The notes under the pieces were generated by a model, which worked only from the letters and a program-made list of their open reading frames with translations, was not told the DNA's origin and did no database searches. Of a DNA stretch of 64,000 bases, positions 38,431-50,153 are shown piece by piece (the stretch's first letter is position 1; each line of letters begins with the position of its first letter). The DNA is from Macrostomum lignano (lineage: Eukaryota), in assembly GCA_002269645.1 (NCBI GenBank), contig NIVC01002552.1, positions 62,001 through 126,000 of the forward strand. The letters run 5' to 3'. A program made the translations under genes and the position numbers.

Positions 38431-40137
38431 CCAAGCATGCCTAAAAGTCAAAGCAAGTTTATATAAGGCTTTTTATTTTCAACATTACATTTTTTAGTTT
38501 GTATGATGCTTTTTTAGCTTTGAAATGATAATCTTTTTGACATAAGGCTATTTTATATTTTACATGATATTTATTTTTTATATAACACTTCTTTTATTTT
38601 TAATAAGGCTTCTTTTACTTTTTACACAACACTTCTTCTATTTTGTTGTTTTAAAAAGCATGCTTTTCAAATATTTAACATATGTATACATAGCAGACTT
38701 TAAGCTCTGCTGATCTAATGATAGCAAACTTTATGCTCTGCTATATATTCAGTTGTTTTAAATTCATAAGTAGGCCTAGCTATATGAAAAATATAGAGCT
38801 AGAAGTTTGACATAGATTGCTTTTTGCAGTTTTGTTTTATCTATTATGCCATGGTTAAAACATTATGTATTGGTTTCCCGACAGACATTCAGACAGACAT
38901 TCAGAAATCGTTCATTAAATGTTTAACAAAATTGTCTATTTATTACGCAAGATACTGTGAATTTATAGAAACTTTTACGCATGTCTCTGCTTTAAAAAGA
39001 CACCTTAGACACACACAAAGATGCTTCACAAGCTGAGATATTCCTTAGCAACTGTTGTTACGACGTTTCCCAATATACTGAATACTGTATATAGTAGTTT
39101 TTTGAGAAGCTGCTACATCGTCCCACTTTGGTCTTTCTGCATGAAATTTGCACAGCTGTTTTACGCATGTCTCTGCTTTAAAAAGACACCTCAGACACAC
39201 ACAAAGACGCTTCACAAGCTGAGATATTCCCTAGCAACTGTTGTTACGACGTTTCCCAATATACCGAATACTGTATATAGTAGTTTTTTGAGAAGCCGCT
39301 ACATCGTCCCACTTTGATCTTTCTGCATGAAATTTGCACAGCTGTTTTACGTATGTCTCTGCTTTAAAAAGACACCTCAGACACACACAAAGATGCTTCA
39401 CAAGCTGAGATATTCCCTAGCAACTGTTGTTACGACGTTTCCCAATATACCGAATACTGTATATAGTAGTTTTTTGAGAAGCCGCTACATCGTCCCACTT
39501 TGATCTTTCTGCATGAAATTTGCACAGCTGTTTTACGCATGTCTCTGCTTTAAAAAGACACCTCAGACACACACAAAGACGCTTCACAAGCTGAGATATT
39601 CCCTAGCAACGGTTGCCTGAAGGCATGCTCATATCTAACTTGCATTTGGACACCGGCATGGAATGTACGTTATACTTGTATTTGCCTTCTATCGATCTGA
39701 AGCACTTTACTTTAGGCAGATCTATCAGCAATATTAACACTGTACAGGAGGCAGTTTTTCTTTATGTACATTCGTTGTCATTTTGCCATGTACATTACGC
39801 AAGAGGCCTAACACAGAATATGCCTGCACCCTGTTTTGGTATATAATCTTTCTCACTAACAAGCTCATTTTGACAATATGGATGAATTGTCTCTGCTGAC
39901 TACAATATCTCTATCTTATATTGGCAAGAGTACAATAAGCACTAGCATATTTTGGTACTTAATTCATCTGACAGTTTTTTTTCGGCATAAGGTTGTCAAT
40001 ATACATTTTGGCTTTGTTCCTGGTCACCATCTCAATGAGTTTCCCTACCAAGGAAGAAGTAAGCATTTTTTTGGCTTTGTGAGAGACTGACGTCTATGAA
40101 TGGCTATATAGGCAAGGACCATTGTAGTGCGAGAAGA

Positions 40138-40747
40138 AGGACTCGGCACTCACGAACTACGGAAAAATTTTTGAAGGCTGATTTTCCGCAGGCTTCGTGT
40201 CTGACTACCAGTGCGCCATTTTTGTGCAACCACATAAATTTGTGCTTTATTCATGCTTATTGCTCTGCTCATTTTTGATGCATGTTGTGCACGTAATTAC
40301 ATGCATACATGTAATTTTTTCTATTAAATTTTTTTCAATAAATGGCTACAAGCACTAGACTTTCAAGATTTTCAAGTACGAGACACCTCGTGCAATATGC
40401 CATAATTGCCATAAATTAATTGCCATAATTGCTTACTGAGAACCTCTCATCACAATGTATCACAGAAGAAATCAGCCGGCAGAAGTGAGCTGCAGAGATG
40501 CAAACTGATACAATATACAAAAAGCATTAGCCGTATCACTGCACTATCAGAGGACAGTACAAAAATCTTTGTAAGTGGCAAGCATCACTAAACTGGGTGG
40601 TAAGGTCAGCCAATGGCCAATGTTCTTTAAAAATTCAGCTGCTAATGTAGTCAAAAAATCATCTTAATGTCTGTATCTGAAGAGGCAGCATCAAACTGAA
40701 AATCAGCCTTCAAAAATTTTTACGTGGTTTGTGAGTGTCGAGTCCTT
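40138..40747. mobile_element. Nested ~610-bp inverted-repeat element inside the Mutator element
   Basis: AGGACTCGGCACTCACGAACTACGGAAAAATTTTTGAAGGCTGATTTTC ... GAAAATCAGCCTTCAAAAATTTTTACGTGGTTTGTGAGTGTCGAGTCCT; no clear TSD. Confidence 0.6.
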
Positions 40748-40937
40748 TTTCTACAGTGGTCCTTGTATGTACATGTAGGTTTTGCAATGTAATTTGGAGT
40801 GCTAAATTATGGCTTACTACTGTTGACTTACTTCCCAGATCGACGATGCCGTCTCTTGGGCAAGGAAGGCGCACTCCATTCCTAAAGATTACCGAAATCG
40901 AGATCCTATTTTCTCGTTTTTATGCTCGCGACTGGGA

Positions 40938-43164
40938 ATGAGAAATAACTTAAGAAATCGTATGACTATGTGGAATTGGCTTCGGAAAGCCACATCTACA
41001 TGTAGTACCCGATGTTCGCCCGGACAACCTCCTCATGAAGATGAGTCTTGTTTCCAACAGAACAGCAATTCTTTTAGACCTCATAGCTCCACTGAATATC
41101 AGCCAACCAGTGGCCATGCTGAAGCCCAGCCAGCAGCTGGCCAGGCGACCAACAATGAGAGAGCCGGAAGTCCTGAAGGGACTCCTGAAGGGACTCCTGA
41201 AGGGACTCCTGAAGGGACTCTTGAAGGGACTCCTGAAGGGCAACTTGTTATGGACTGCTCCTCAAGGAATGAAGTGACAGCGACAGTGACAATATCGATT
41301 AACGCTATAAGGAAGATTAATTTACAAATCAATAATTCCAAGTATGTTTTTTCGAAGCCAGCACTAAATGAAGCTCTCTGCAAATCATTGAGATCTGTAT
41401 CGTCTTGTTGCCTGCGCATGAGGGGTTACTATCATATTAGTGCGGTTGAATCTAGAAAAAAATCTACGAATTTCTGGACAGTAAGGGCTGCGTGCAAGAT
41501 GCAGGGGTGCAAGAGAGAACTTACTTTTGTAATGAAGGAAGAACCCCAATCGCAAGAACGCTAGGAGTGGCACGTCATCGGACGAGGTCTCTTTGACCAC
41601 TCGAAAGCCAAATCATCAACTTTTAGAAGAATAACAGAGGATGAGGAAGAAAATTTCACAAAACTTGTCGCAGAGCATGGGGCGTCTGGAGCGCATCGAA
41701 AGCTGTCCAGTGAAGATCAGCACATGCGTCACGTCTTGAGCAAAAACTTTGACTCATGCAAATCGAAATTTGTAATGGAAAGAATAGCCAAAAAGGTAAA
41801 TGAGGCGAAATTACTACATAAGGACGTTAATATGGAATTACTCATTATGCAGACTGCTCTACAAGAAGAATACCCACACGAGTACTTGCTGGGAATAGTT
41901 AGAGAGCACTGCGCTGATCCCCTGCGTGTCATTTTGTACTCTGGTTACCAACTGCAATATTTAATCGACCTAATACAGGAAAATGAGCTTAATGTTCTTC
42001 ATATTAATGCCACCGGATCGATAATTAAAAAAAACGGATTATATCGGACGCGTATTCCTGTACTCTATTGTAACAACAGCTACCAACTGCGTGAAATCTG
42101 TCTCAATAGCAGACTGCATTACAAACGGACATTCTGTTGCATCAATAGCACATTTCTTGCGTGTTCTGCACCATCATATCGTCAACATGATGTCACGGTT
42201 TAGGCAAGCCTACGTACCAATCCTATGGGTGACAGACTTTTCCTGGGCACTGATACATAGCTGCTTTGAATTCCACCAATGCGATGTGGAGACGTATTTA
42301 AATATGCAATATCACTATTTCCGAAAAAGCCAACACTTCTGTCACAGTTACGGGGTAATGCTCTGTACAAATCATCTAATGCATTCAGTAAGCCAGTATC
42401 TAAAGCAGAAGAAGTATTCAAAGCGAATCAAGGACACTTTTTTGAGATACTTCTACAGAGTTATGACTATTAAGGTTGTAGAAGAAGTTAAGTCAACAAT
42501 TCGGGATGCAATGAACATTTTTTTGACAAAGTCTGCGAAAGTATGTCAGCGTATAATGTCCAAACCCTATAACAGCAAAGATGATAAGCAAGGGACCAAC
42601 TCAGACGGACAGTCAGAGGAAGGAGATCACGAAGACAATGACAGTACTAATGAGGACAAAACGAATAGTTCATTATACAAACAATTGCCCTTTTATGAGT
42701 ACTTTAATGCATGGAGGACATCAATCGCTAATAGCACTGTGGAAGTGGAGGAAGTTGCTATCGATAACAAATTGCATTCACCGGAAATAGTCGAAATGTT
42801 TGTCATCCGATACCTCTCCTACTTTCCCTTATGGGCTGCCTGCGTCTGGAACCATGAATTCTTGGAAAGCCGCGTGAAGTCTCCTTTTTCAAATGCTCAC
42901 ATTGAGAGCTGGTTTAAGAGAATAAAATCCAAATTTCAGCTACCCGTCTCTGTCGCAGAGTTCTCGAAATTAACCGCAAGTTTCTGTCATGAAAGGATAA
43001 AGAGGCGAAATTACTTCGGCAAGTTGCTCCACCACGATTTTGCCAACGAAAAAGGAAGGCCGCGGCGGAGATAGCTGATGGGGCTGAAGAAAGCTGGGGC
43101 AAAAAACGATGCAGATACTCAAACAGTAGGCAGACACCACGAACAAAGTCACAGCCTCCCCCCT
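40938..43164 (+). pseudogene. Disrupted MULE (NOF/Phantom-like) DDE transposase
   Basis: N-terminal C-x4-C...H zinc-finger-like segment; LHINATGS (catalytic D reads N); RVFLYSIV; WVTDFSWALI; CTNH (CxxH); SNAHIESWFKRIK (catalytic E). In-frame TAG at 41562-41564, frameshift near the A-run at ~42026, probable further shift near 43030. Confidence 0.85.
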
Positions 43165-43174
43165 GTAAGTTTCC

Positions 43175-43498
43175 AAAATCGCCACTCGACTCTCAGCAAC
43201 CGCCACGCGACTCTCAGCAACCGCCACACGACTCTCAGCAACCACCACGCGACTCTCAGCAACCGCCAAGCGACTCTTAGCAACCGCCACGCGACTCTCA
43301 GCAACTGCCACGCGAGTCTCAGCAACCGCCACGCGACTCTCAGCAACCGCCACGCGACTCTCAGCAACCGCCACGCGACTCTCAGCAACCGCCACGCAAG
43401 TCTCAGCAACCGCCATGCGACTCTCAGCAACTGCCACGCGACTCTTAGCAACCGCCATGCGACTCTCAGCAACTGCCACGCGACTTTCAGCAACCGCC
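43175..43498. repeat. 21-bp minisatellite, ~15 copies, probably intronic within the transposon gene
   Basis: Unit CTCTCAGCAACCGCCACGCGA, between donor GTAAGT (43165) and acceptor CCCAG (43501). Confidence 0.93.
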
Positions 43499-43501
43499 CA
43501 G

Positions 43502-44754
43502 CTCAAAAATTTTGGCTCTACGAGATGTAAGAGGAACGCCAATTTCAGAAGAGCAATTAGCATCACTCAATGGTACGAACTGGCTGGACTATGTGGTAAG
43601 AAATTTGTAGGAAATTTAATAATTTAAATTAATTTAATGTGTAGTATATTAGTACGTAATTAGTACGTAATTTAATGTGTAGAAGGTATTAAAAATATTA
43701 TCAGGTTGTGTATGGCTACTTGACTGCAATTGCTAGCGGAGCAGATGGAGTTGCTATGCAGCAGAGCGATTTTCTTTCCTTGCTAGACGGTGGTAGCAAA
43801 GGCTCTCAGCACATTGAATCTCTTCGGAACTATTTCCTTGGTCGAGCGGTAAGCATAATGTGAAATTTTAACTTTCAATCTGATGTTGGTTTCACCATCG
43901 ACCATTGCTACGAGTATAGTTGATATCCACATGCAGAGGTGGAACAATCCTGCAACAATTCTATAATTCTGAAGAATTAATTATAAAAAATTTTAGACAG
44001 TGAAGAAAATTCTGGTCCCGATGCTTACGCAAAGCCATTTTTGGCTTTTGGCTGTGTTCTTTGATGATCTCACAGTGCACTATCTGGACTCCATACGTCG
44101 GAGTGACAGAAGAAAGCAACTGGCATTGAACTATACTGCCAAATTGAAGTAGGTAAAATGTACACGAGAAGGAGGGCTTTGAAATTTGCAAGGCATATTA
44201 ACTGAACTTACGTGCCATTTTCTAATTTTAGTGAGCTCCTTGCTTCTTCAGCTGCTTCTACGTTTCTCCCTGAGCAGATGGAGCACCTTAGGGGTAGAAA
44301 GTTTAGAAGTGTAGTAAGAATGTGCACCCAGCAAAAAGATACGTTTTCATGTGGCGTTCTGACCTGCTTATTTGGCTGCAATTTGTTTCTTGATAAGTGC
44401 ACTGTGTTGTCTGCGTTCACTGCGCAGAAATTGAGCGCCGCTTGCCAGCACATTAAAAATACTGTGATTAATTTCATGGAAGAAACTGAGCAACCCATTT
44501 GCAGGTTCTGTGGCTTGGAGGAGCCCGCTGGCCGAAGGAAGCGAATTGAATGGGTAAATTAATGCGATGTAAAATACCCATGCATTTTATATGTACATGT
44601 ACAACAGTAAGGGATTCAACCAGCTTGCAAGACCTTTTCTGCATCATTTTAGATTGAATGCCCCTCCTGCCTCTTTTGGTACCACAAAATCTGTTGGAAC
44701 AGCTGGAAAAGCACGGCAAATGTTTGCTCCGATTGCGCCAGACTTGATGCATAA
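43502..44754 (+). CDS. Spliced Ulp1/SENP (peptidase C48) domain plus PHD finger carried by the Mutator element; exons ~43502-43595, 43705-43848, 43997-44148, 44232-44553, 44653-44754
   Basis: PISEEQLASLNGTNWLDYV|VVYGYL; KILVPMLTQSHFWLLAV...HYLDS (His codon 44036, Asp); QKDTFSCGV (Gln, Cys codon 44350); CRFC...EW|IECPSCLFWYHKIC...VCSDC is a C4HC3 PHD. GT-AG sites are phase-compatible. Confidence 0.85.
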
Positions 44755-47700
44755 AATGCTGACTGTGTTGAATAAAGAAAGGGACAATGCAGTTATCGCG
44801 GATCAAGTCGGACGTGATATTTATGGGGTGTTTTATGTTTCGTTGCACGAAATGTTTTGATGCTTATTTTCTGTAGTTTGATTCTCAGTTGCTGACGGGA
44901 TTACCCCATCCTGAGTCGATAACATTAATTCTGTTCGATTTTACTAATGTGCACTGTGCACTAATTTCATGCAGAAAGACCAAAGTGGGACGATGTAGCG
45001 GCTTCTCAAAAAACTACTATATACAGTATTCGGTATATTGGGAAACGTCGTAACAACAGTTGCTAGGGAATATCTCAGCTTGTGAAGCATCTTTGTGTGT
45101 GTCTGAGGTGTCTTTTTAAAGCAGAGACATGCGTAAAACAGCTGTGCAAATTTCATGCAGAAAGATCAAAGTGGGACGATGTAGCGGCTTCTCAAAAAAC
45201 TACTATATACAGTATTTGGTATATTGGGAAACGTCGTAACAACAGTTGCTAGGGAATATCTCAGCTTGTGAAGCGTCTTTGTGTGTGTCTGAGGTGTCTT
45301 TTTAAAGCAGAGACATGCGTAAAACAGCTGTGCAAATTTCATGTAGAAAGATCAAAGTGGGACGATGTAGCGGCTTCTCAAAAAACTACTATATACAGTA
45401 TTCAGTATATTGGGAAACGTCGTAACAACAGTTGCTAGGGAATATCTCAGCTTGTGAAGCATCTTTGTGTGTGTCTGAGGTGTCTTTTTAAAGCAGAGAC
45501 ATGCGTAAAACAGCTGTGCAAATTTCATGCAGAAAGATCAAAGTGGGACGATGTAGCGGCTTCTCAAAAAACTACTATATACAGTATTCAGTATATTGGG
45601 AAATGTCGTAACAACAGTTGCTAGGGAATATCTCAGCTTGTGAAGCGTCTTTGTGTGTGTCTGAGGTGTCTTTTTAAAGAAGAGACATGCATAAAAGTTT
45701 CTATAAATTCACAGTATCTTGCGTAATAAATAGACAATTTTGTTAAACATTTACTGAACGATTTCTGAATGTCTGTCTGAATGTCTGTCGGGAAACCAAT
45801 ACATTAAAACATTACAAGTGCTTAAAGTTCAAAAACATGATAGGACCCTCTTGTGGAATGATGCTACCTTTTTGCCATTTAAATGATCATAAATCTCATT
45901 TTGCTTTAATACTTTTAAAGCTAAAAGGGTAAAGAGGACAAATGTAATATATTAATTCATTTGTTTTTTATATCTTTTAGACAATATAGGATATTCAATA
46001 ATAGGAATTAGAAAAGTAGCCCTACAACACAATAATAGGCCTAGGCCTAATACAAATGCCTACAGACATAGTCTATACTAACATTAGTAATAATAGGGCC
46101 TAGAGGCTAGTAGAGCCTAGTAAAAATGCATTAGGCCTACATAATAAATCACTAAAATGATAAAATAAAATGTTGAAATTTAACTTCAAGTTAAGATACA
46201 AGATAAGGGCCTACAAAGTTTTATAAGGCCTAAATTTTTCTATTATTTGACAAGACTAATTAAAAGCAAGTGTCTTTTTACCTAGCCTTAGCTTAGCCTT
46301 AGCCCTTAGGAGGCTAGGCCTAGCCCCAGGCAAATCAAATAAGGTTTATCATTAGGCCCCTATCAACTGAAATAGAAAAAATCTTTCAAAATTTCTATGG
46401 AGTCTCAACACTATTAAAAAGGCTTATAAATTACATACATTCATTTAAAATAATTAAAATATAGTAATAATAGTTTAGTTACTGGACTGGACTAGACTGG
46501 ACCCACTGATCACTGCAAACTAATTTTAAGCCTAATCTTGATTATCTTGCCTTGCCTTTGTTTAGGCCTTAGCCCTTAGGCTAAGGATCTGTTTTGTTAC
46601 ACTGATTGGATTTAATCGACCCTTTCTTTAGGCTTAGCTTTGTAAAGTGTCGCACGCATGCACACAGATGATAATACAAAGTAAGAATGTTTGGTGTGTT
46701 GATTCCTTGATCTATTGTGTTACATAGCGTTGGCGTAGCAACTATAGATCGCATGAGGCAGAAACTTATCGACAAGGGCACGAGGCATAGATAAAATTTT
46801 CGGTGTTAGCATAGATTAACAATATTTTTTGTCTTTTAAAGTTTTTTCTACATACTGTATTTACTTTCAAAATGAACAAGTTTTAATTAAGAATATTATT
46901 TGAAAAATATAATTTGTTTTACACACGAAAATTTTCGCTTTCAGGAGTCTAAAAAAATAACTGACCTAAGAAAAGCGCTTTTGCACTAGCAACTTTGCGA
47001 GAAATAGAACAAGGCAAGCTGTGAGCTGTATGATTGATATACAGATACTATTTTGCCCAAAAAAGTCTTTAAAGTAGTCGACGGTTAGTATTTACTACCA
47101 GTTGACCATTCCTTTAGAAACTTTAGAAGCATATCGACCATGGAATTTTATATTCTTTTGGCTTTGACCACTTCGCTTCTGCAGCTGGTTCATGACCAGC
47201 TCATTAAGTCGATAAATTTAATTTTAACCATTTAATTTTTAAATATTTAATGACATTTTACCTTGTGCAACGCTTAAAGATTCCAAGTTTAAATATAGTG
47301 TTGATTTTTTAATTTCTGGGACTATAATATACACATTGGGCATATTGTTTTATAATCTGTTTCATGATTTACCTTATTATTTATTCTTAGTAACTGTAAA
47401 TAGATTTTCTTACTTTGATATTATGCTTTGGCCTTTCAGCTTTAGGGTGCTTATATTTTCAATTGTTTGACTTAAAAGTTACCTATGTAACTAGGATACT
47501 TACTAACATTACCTATACTCATAGTAATGTCTAATATTATATGTTTACTTAGGCCTATTGGCTTTTTAAGTAGCTATTAAGTAAAAATATTGTTTTTGAG
47601 TCAACAAATTGAATATTAAATTTTTTTCGAGCTGTACTTCTATTTTTTGCCATCTTTGTTGCCTAATATATACTTTGCTGTAGTTGTAGTTGACATTGAC

Positions 47701-47821
47701 ATCTTGATTAAATGTTCAAAATAGTTTTTAATCTAGGAATTCACTATATAATGAAACATTATCCTTTTCTGCCAACTATTTACTACTTGACACAATTTTG
47801 CAAACCTTTGAAGACAACAAA

Positions 47822-49342
47822 ATGCTTCCATTCTATGACCCCACATCCACACCACAGCCTTTTCCAATGCCATTCCTTCCTATGCCTGGGGAGCCCATGC
47901 CCATTCCCATGCCTATACCTATGCTGATGCCTATGGGCAACTGGGATGCCTACAAAAGGCCCGAGCAATGGGACCCAGACCATCCAAGCCGCAATTCTGA
48001 GCCTGCGCCATCACGGCAGTGTCTGAAGCGCTTCACCGACGATCTTCGCCGCCTTTGCCGTCAGCCGCAGCCTCTGGCCGAAGTGTTTCCCGACGAGGAA
48101 TGCGCAGTGCGCGCGGAGCTGCTGCTTCGAGGCGGCGACGGCACTCCCTATGCTGGCGGGTTCTTTCACTTCTCAGTCCGCGCGCCGCCAGACTATCCGC
48201 AGCGACCGCCCTACGTGGCCTTCCGCACAGCCAGCCACGGCGACAGGGTTCGGTTCCATCCCAACTTCTATGAGAGAGGCTGCGTGTGTATGAGCATTCT
48301 GGTGAGCTTTGAAAGCCCACTGATCATTTTTGGTATATAGGATTTTTTCTTAATAGGTATCCTAATAGGTAGTTGTGCAACTGACAGCTCAGCCGCAGCT
48401 ATTTCAAGGACTGGGGGGTCGCCACACACACACACACACACACACAGCTAATGCTGGAACTGGAACCCATTCTACAGCTGGGTGAACTGAAGCAATGCAG
48501 AGTTAAGCGTCTCGCTCAAGGACACAAATTGTTCCGAGTGGGGTCCAGAATCGAACCCTCGACCTTCAAGTCGTGAGTCCGACGCCCTAACCAACTAGAC
48601 TACGACTCCCTTGGCGTACGCAGGATTTGCTACTCTGGAACGCTCGTATTTGGTGTTTTGATATGCTTGCCCTAGGGCGCCTCTGCTTATATCTTTCGTT
48701 TCGTAGACCGGTGGATGCCATGTCTTACAGGGGCAAAAGTTGAGCTTGAGCTCCTGTCTCTCGTCGAGCTTAGTTATCTCTTTGACTTCATTTTTTTGGG
48801 ATGATTGTAGCGTTGTACCTACAATGTACCTACAGTTATTGCAAAAATATACGGCTTTTTCTGATACAAGCCAATAAAAATTCCTTAATCCTATTCAGAA
48901 CACCTGGGGAGAATGCACTTGGGATTCAAGCTACCGCCTGGAGAACATAATCCACGACATGCAATTTCGACTTGATGACCAGCCATTGAAGCACGAGCCG
49001 GCACCGATGCGAGAATGCGAGCAAAGCAATCAACACTACAACGACCAAATCGCCTACGAGACTCTGCGAATCGCCGTCTGCCAGCAGCTGGAGCAGCGCT
49101 CGCTGCCGCCGGCCCTGCACTTGTCCGCTGCCCGATACTTTGTTGACAACTTCGATGCTTACCTGGGCAGGTGTCACAAGCTCAAGAAGAGACTGGACGG
49201 TCTGCCCATTCGAAACGTGTACAATCCCGGCAAAGAGACGTTCGAGGACACCTTCGAGTTTGCCGCGGTAGCCAAGCGCTTGGAGAAGTTGCTACCGAAG
49301 GCTCGGGCTGATATTGAGGCTGCGGACGCGGCTGAGAACTGA
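47822..49342 (+). CDS. Ubiquitin-conjugating enzyme E2, UBE2Z/USE1-like; 2 exons: 47822-48301, 48899-49342
   Basis: CLKRFTDDL, GGDGTPYAGGFFHF.V..PPDYP..PP.V, RFHPNFYERGCVCMSIL|NTWG...W; UBE2Z-type tail P..HEP...YN..I.YETLRIAVC..LE. Phase-0 GT-AG intron 48302-48898. Confidence 0.85.
48376..48610 (-). mobile_element. tRNA-derived CORE-like SINE, copy 2, in the UBE2Z-like intron
   Basis: Minus strand: GGGAGTCGTAGTCTAGTTGGTTAGG (A box)...GAGGGTTCGATTCT (B box)...GTGTCCTTGAGCGAGACGCTTAACTCTGCATTGCTTCAGTTCACCCAGCTGTAGAATGGG (CORE-like). Confidence 0.78.
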
Positions 49343-50153
49343 GCTGCGTGAGAGCCTTGATCTCAAGGGAGCTATTTTTACTCGTTCATAAAAATTCATT
49401 CATCAAGAAACCTCAACGCTCTGCCTATTTTTGAATGTACGAGAAACATTGAATATAGCTACTCAAGATTTTACCAGTCGATTCAAACAAATTTAAAAAA
49501 GCGATGTTCTGTGATCACCGCAGCTGTTGCAATTGTTGCAGGCTGTCACCTTACTACTTCAAGTAGGCTAGTATATTCTACGTTGCCAGAATTCCTAAAA
49601 GTTGCTTTTTCAGATCAACATTTTAATCGAGTATCATGTACTAGTGTTGGCGTGAAGTTTTACGCCGGTTGTTATGTTCTGAGAAACAAATCTTGCTTGG
49701 CAGTCATGAAGTTTTATTAAAAAATTACATAAACGTAAGCAGAATAATTTTGGAATAATATGTGCGCTGAAAGCATTTTGCCAGCAGTTCTTTTAATTTA
49801 ATTATTTTAGTTTTCTTGTTTCACTTACTTAAAGTAGCAATGCAAGCGTCTCCAACGGAGTGGTATAGCTTTCGCTTATCTATAGAAGACGCTATGGACC
49901 AATAGAAAGCTGAGACGCAACGTACGCTAACAATGCGAGTAGAGAATAAAGTAAGCACAGCTCGGGCATTCTGTGCTGTCTGATATATGAAGCAAGCAAA
50001 TGAGCTGCGAGTTGAGCACTGCGTGTTCCGCCGGGTTGACCAGCGCACTGAGCCTGCTCAGGGTCAGTATTAAACTTTGTCTCCAAGTTTCCAAGGTCTA
50101 AGCCGAATAATCGCAAAGTTGATTGCGCAATCTGTTTGCCGACCGCCGCAAGT

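Larger units (their letters stand above)
38865..45804 (+). mobile_element. Mutator (MULE)/Foldback-type DNA transposon, ~6.94 kb, 9-bp TSD, long tandem-repeat TIRs
   Basis: Termini ATGTATTGGTTTCCCGACAGACATTCAGAC / GTCTGAATGTCTGTCGGGAAACCAATACAT. TSD TAAAACATT at 38856-38864 and 45805-45813. TIRs 38865-39610 and ~44963-45804 are made of 186-bp units. MULE transposase motifs inside. Confidence 0.92.

Noticed and set aside
42970-43627. VAVAESR / ATLSNRH repeat ORFs
   Set aside because: 21-bp minisatellite lying between a donor (43165) and an acceptor (43501); most likely intronic.
48540-48610. Possible tRNA gene on the minus strand
   Set aside because: A and B boxes are present, but the sequence continues into the CORE-like SINE body and has a second degenerate copy; it is a SINE head.
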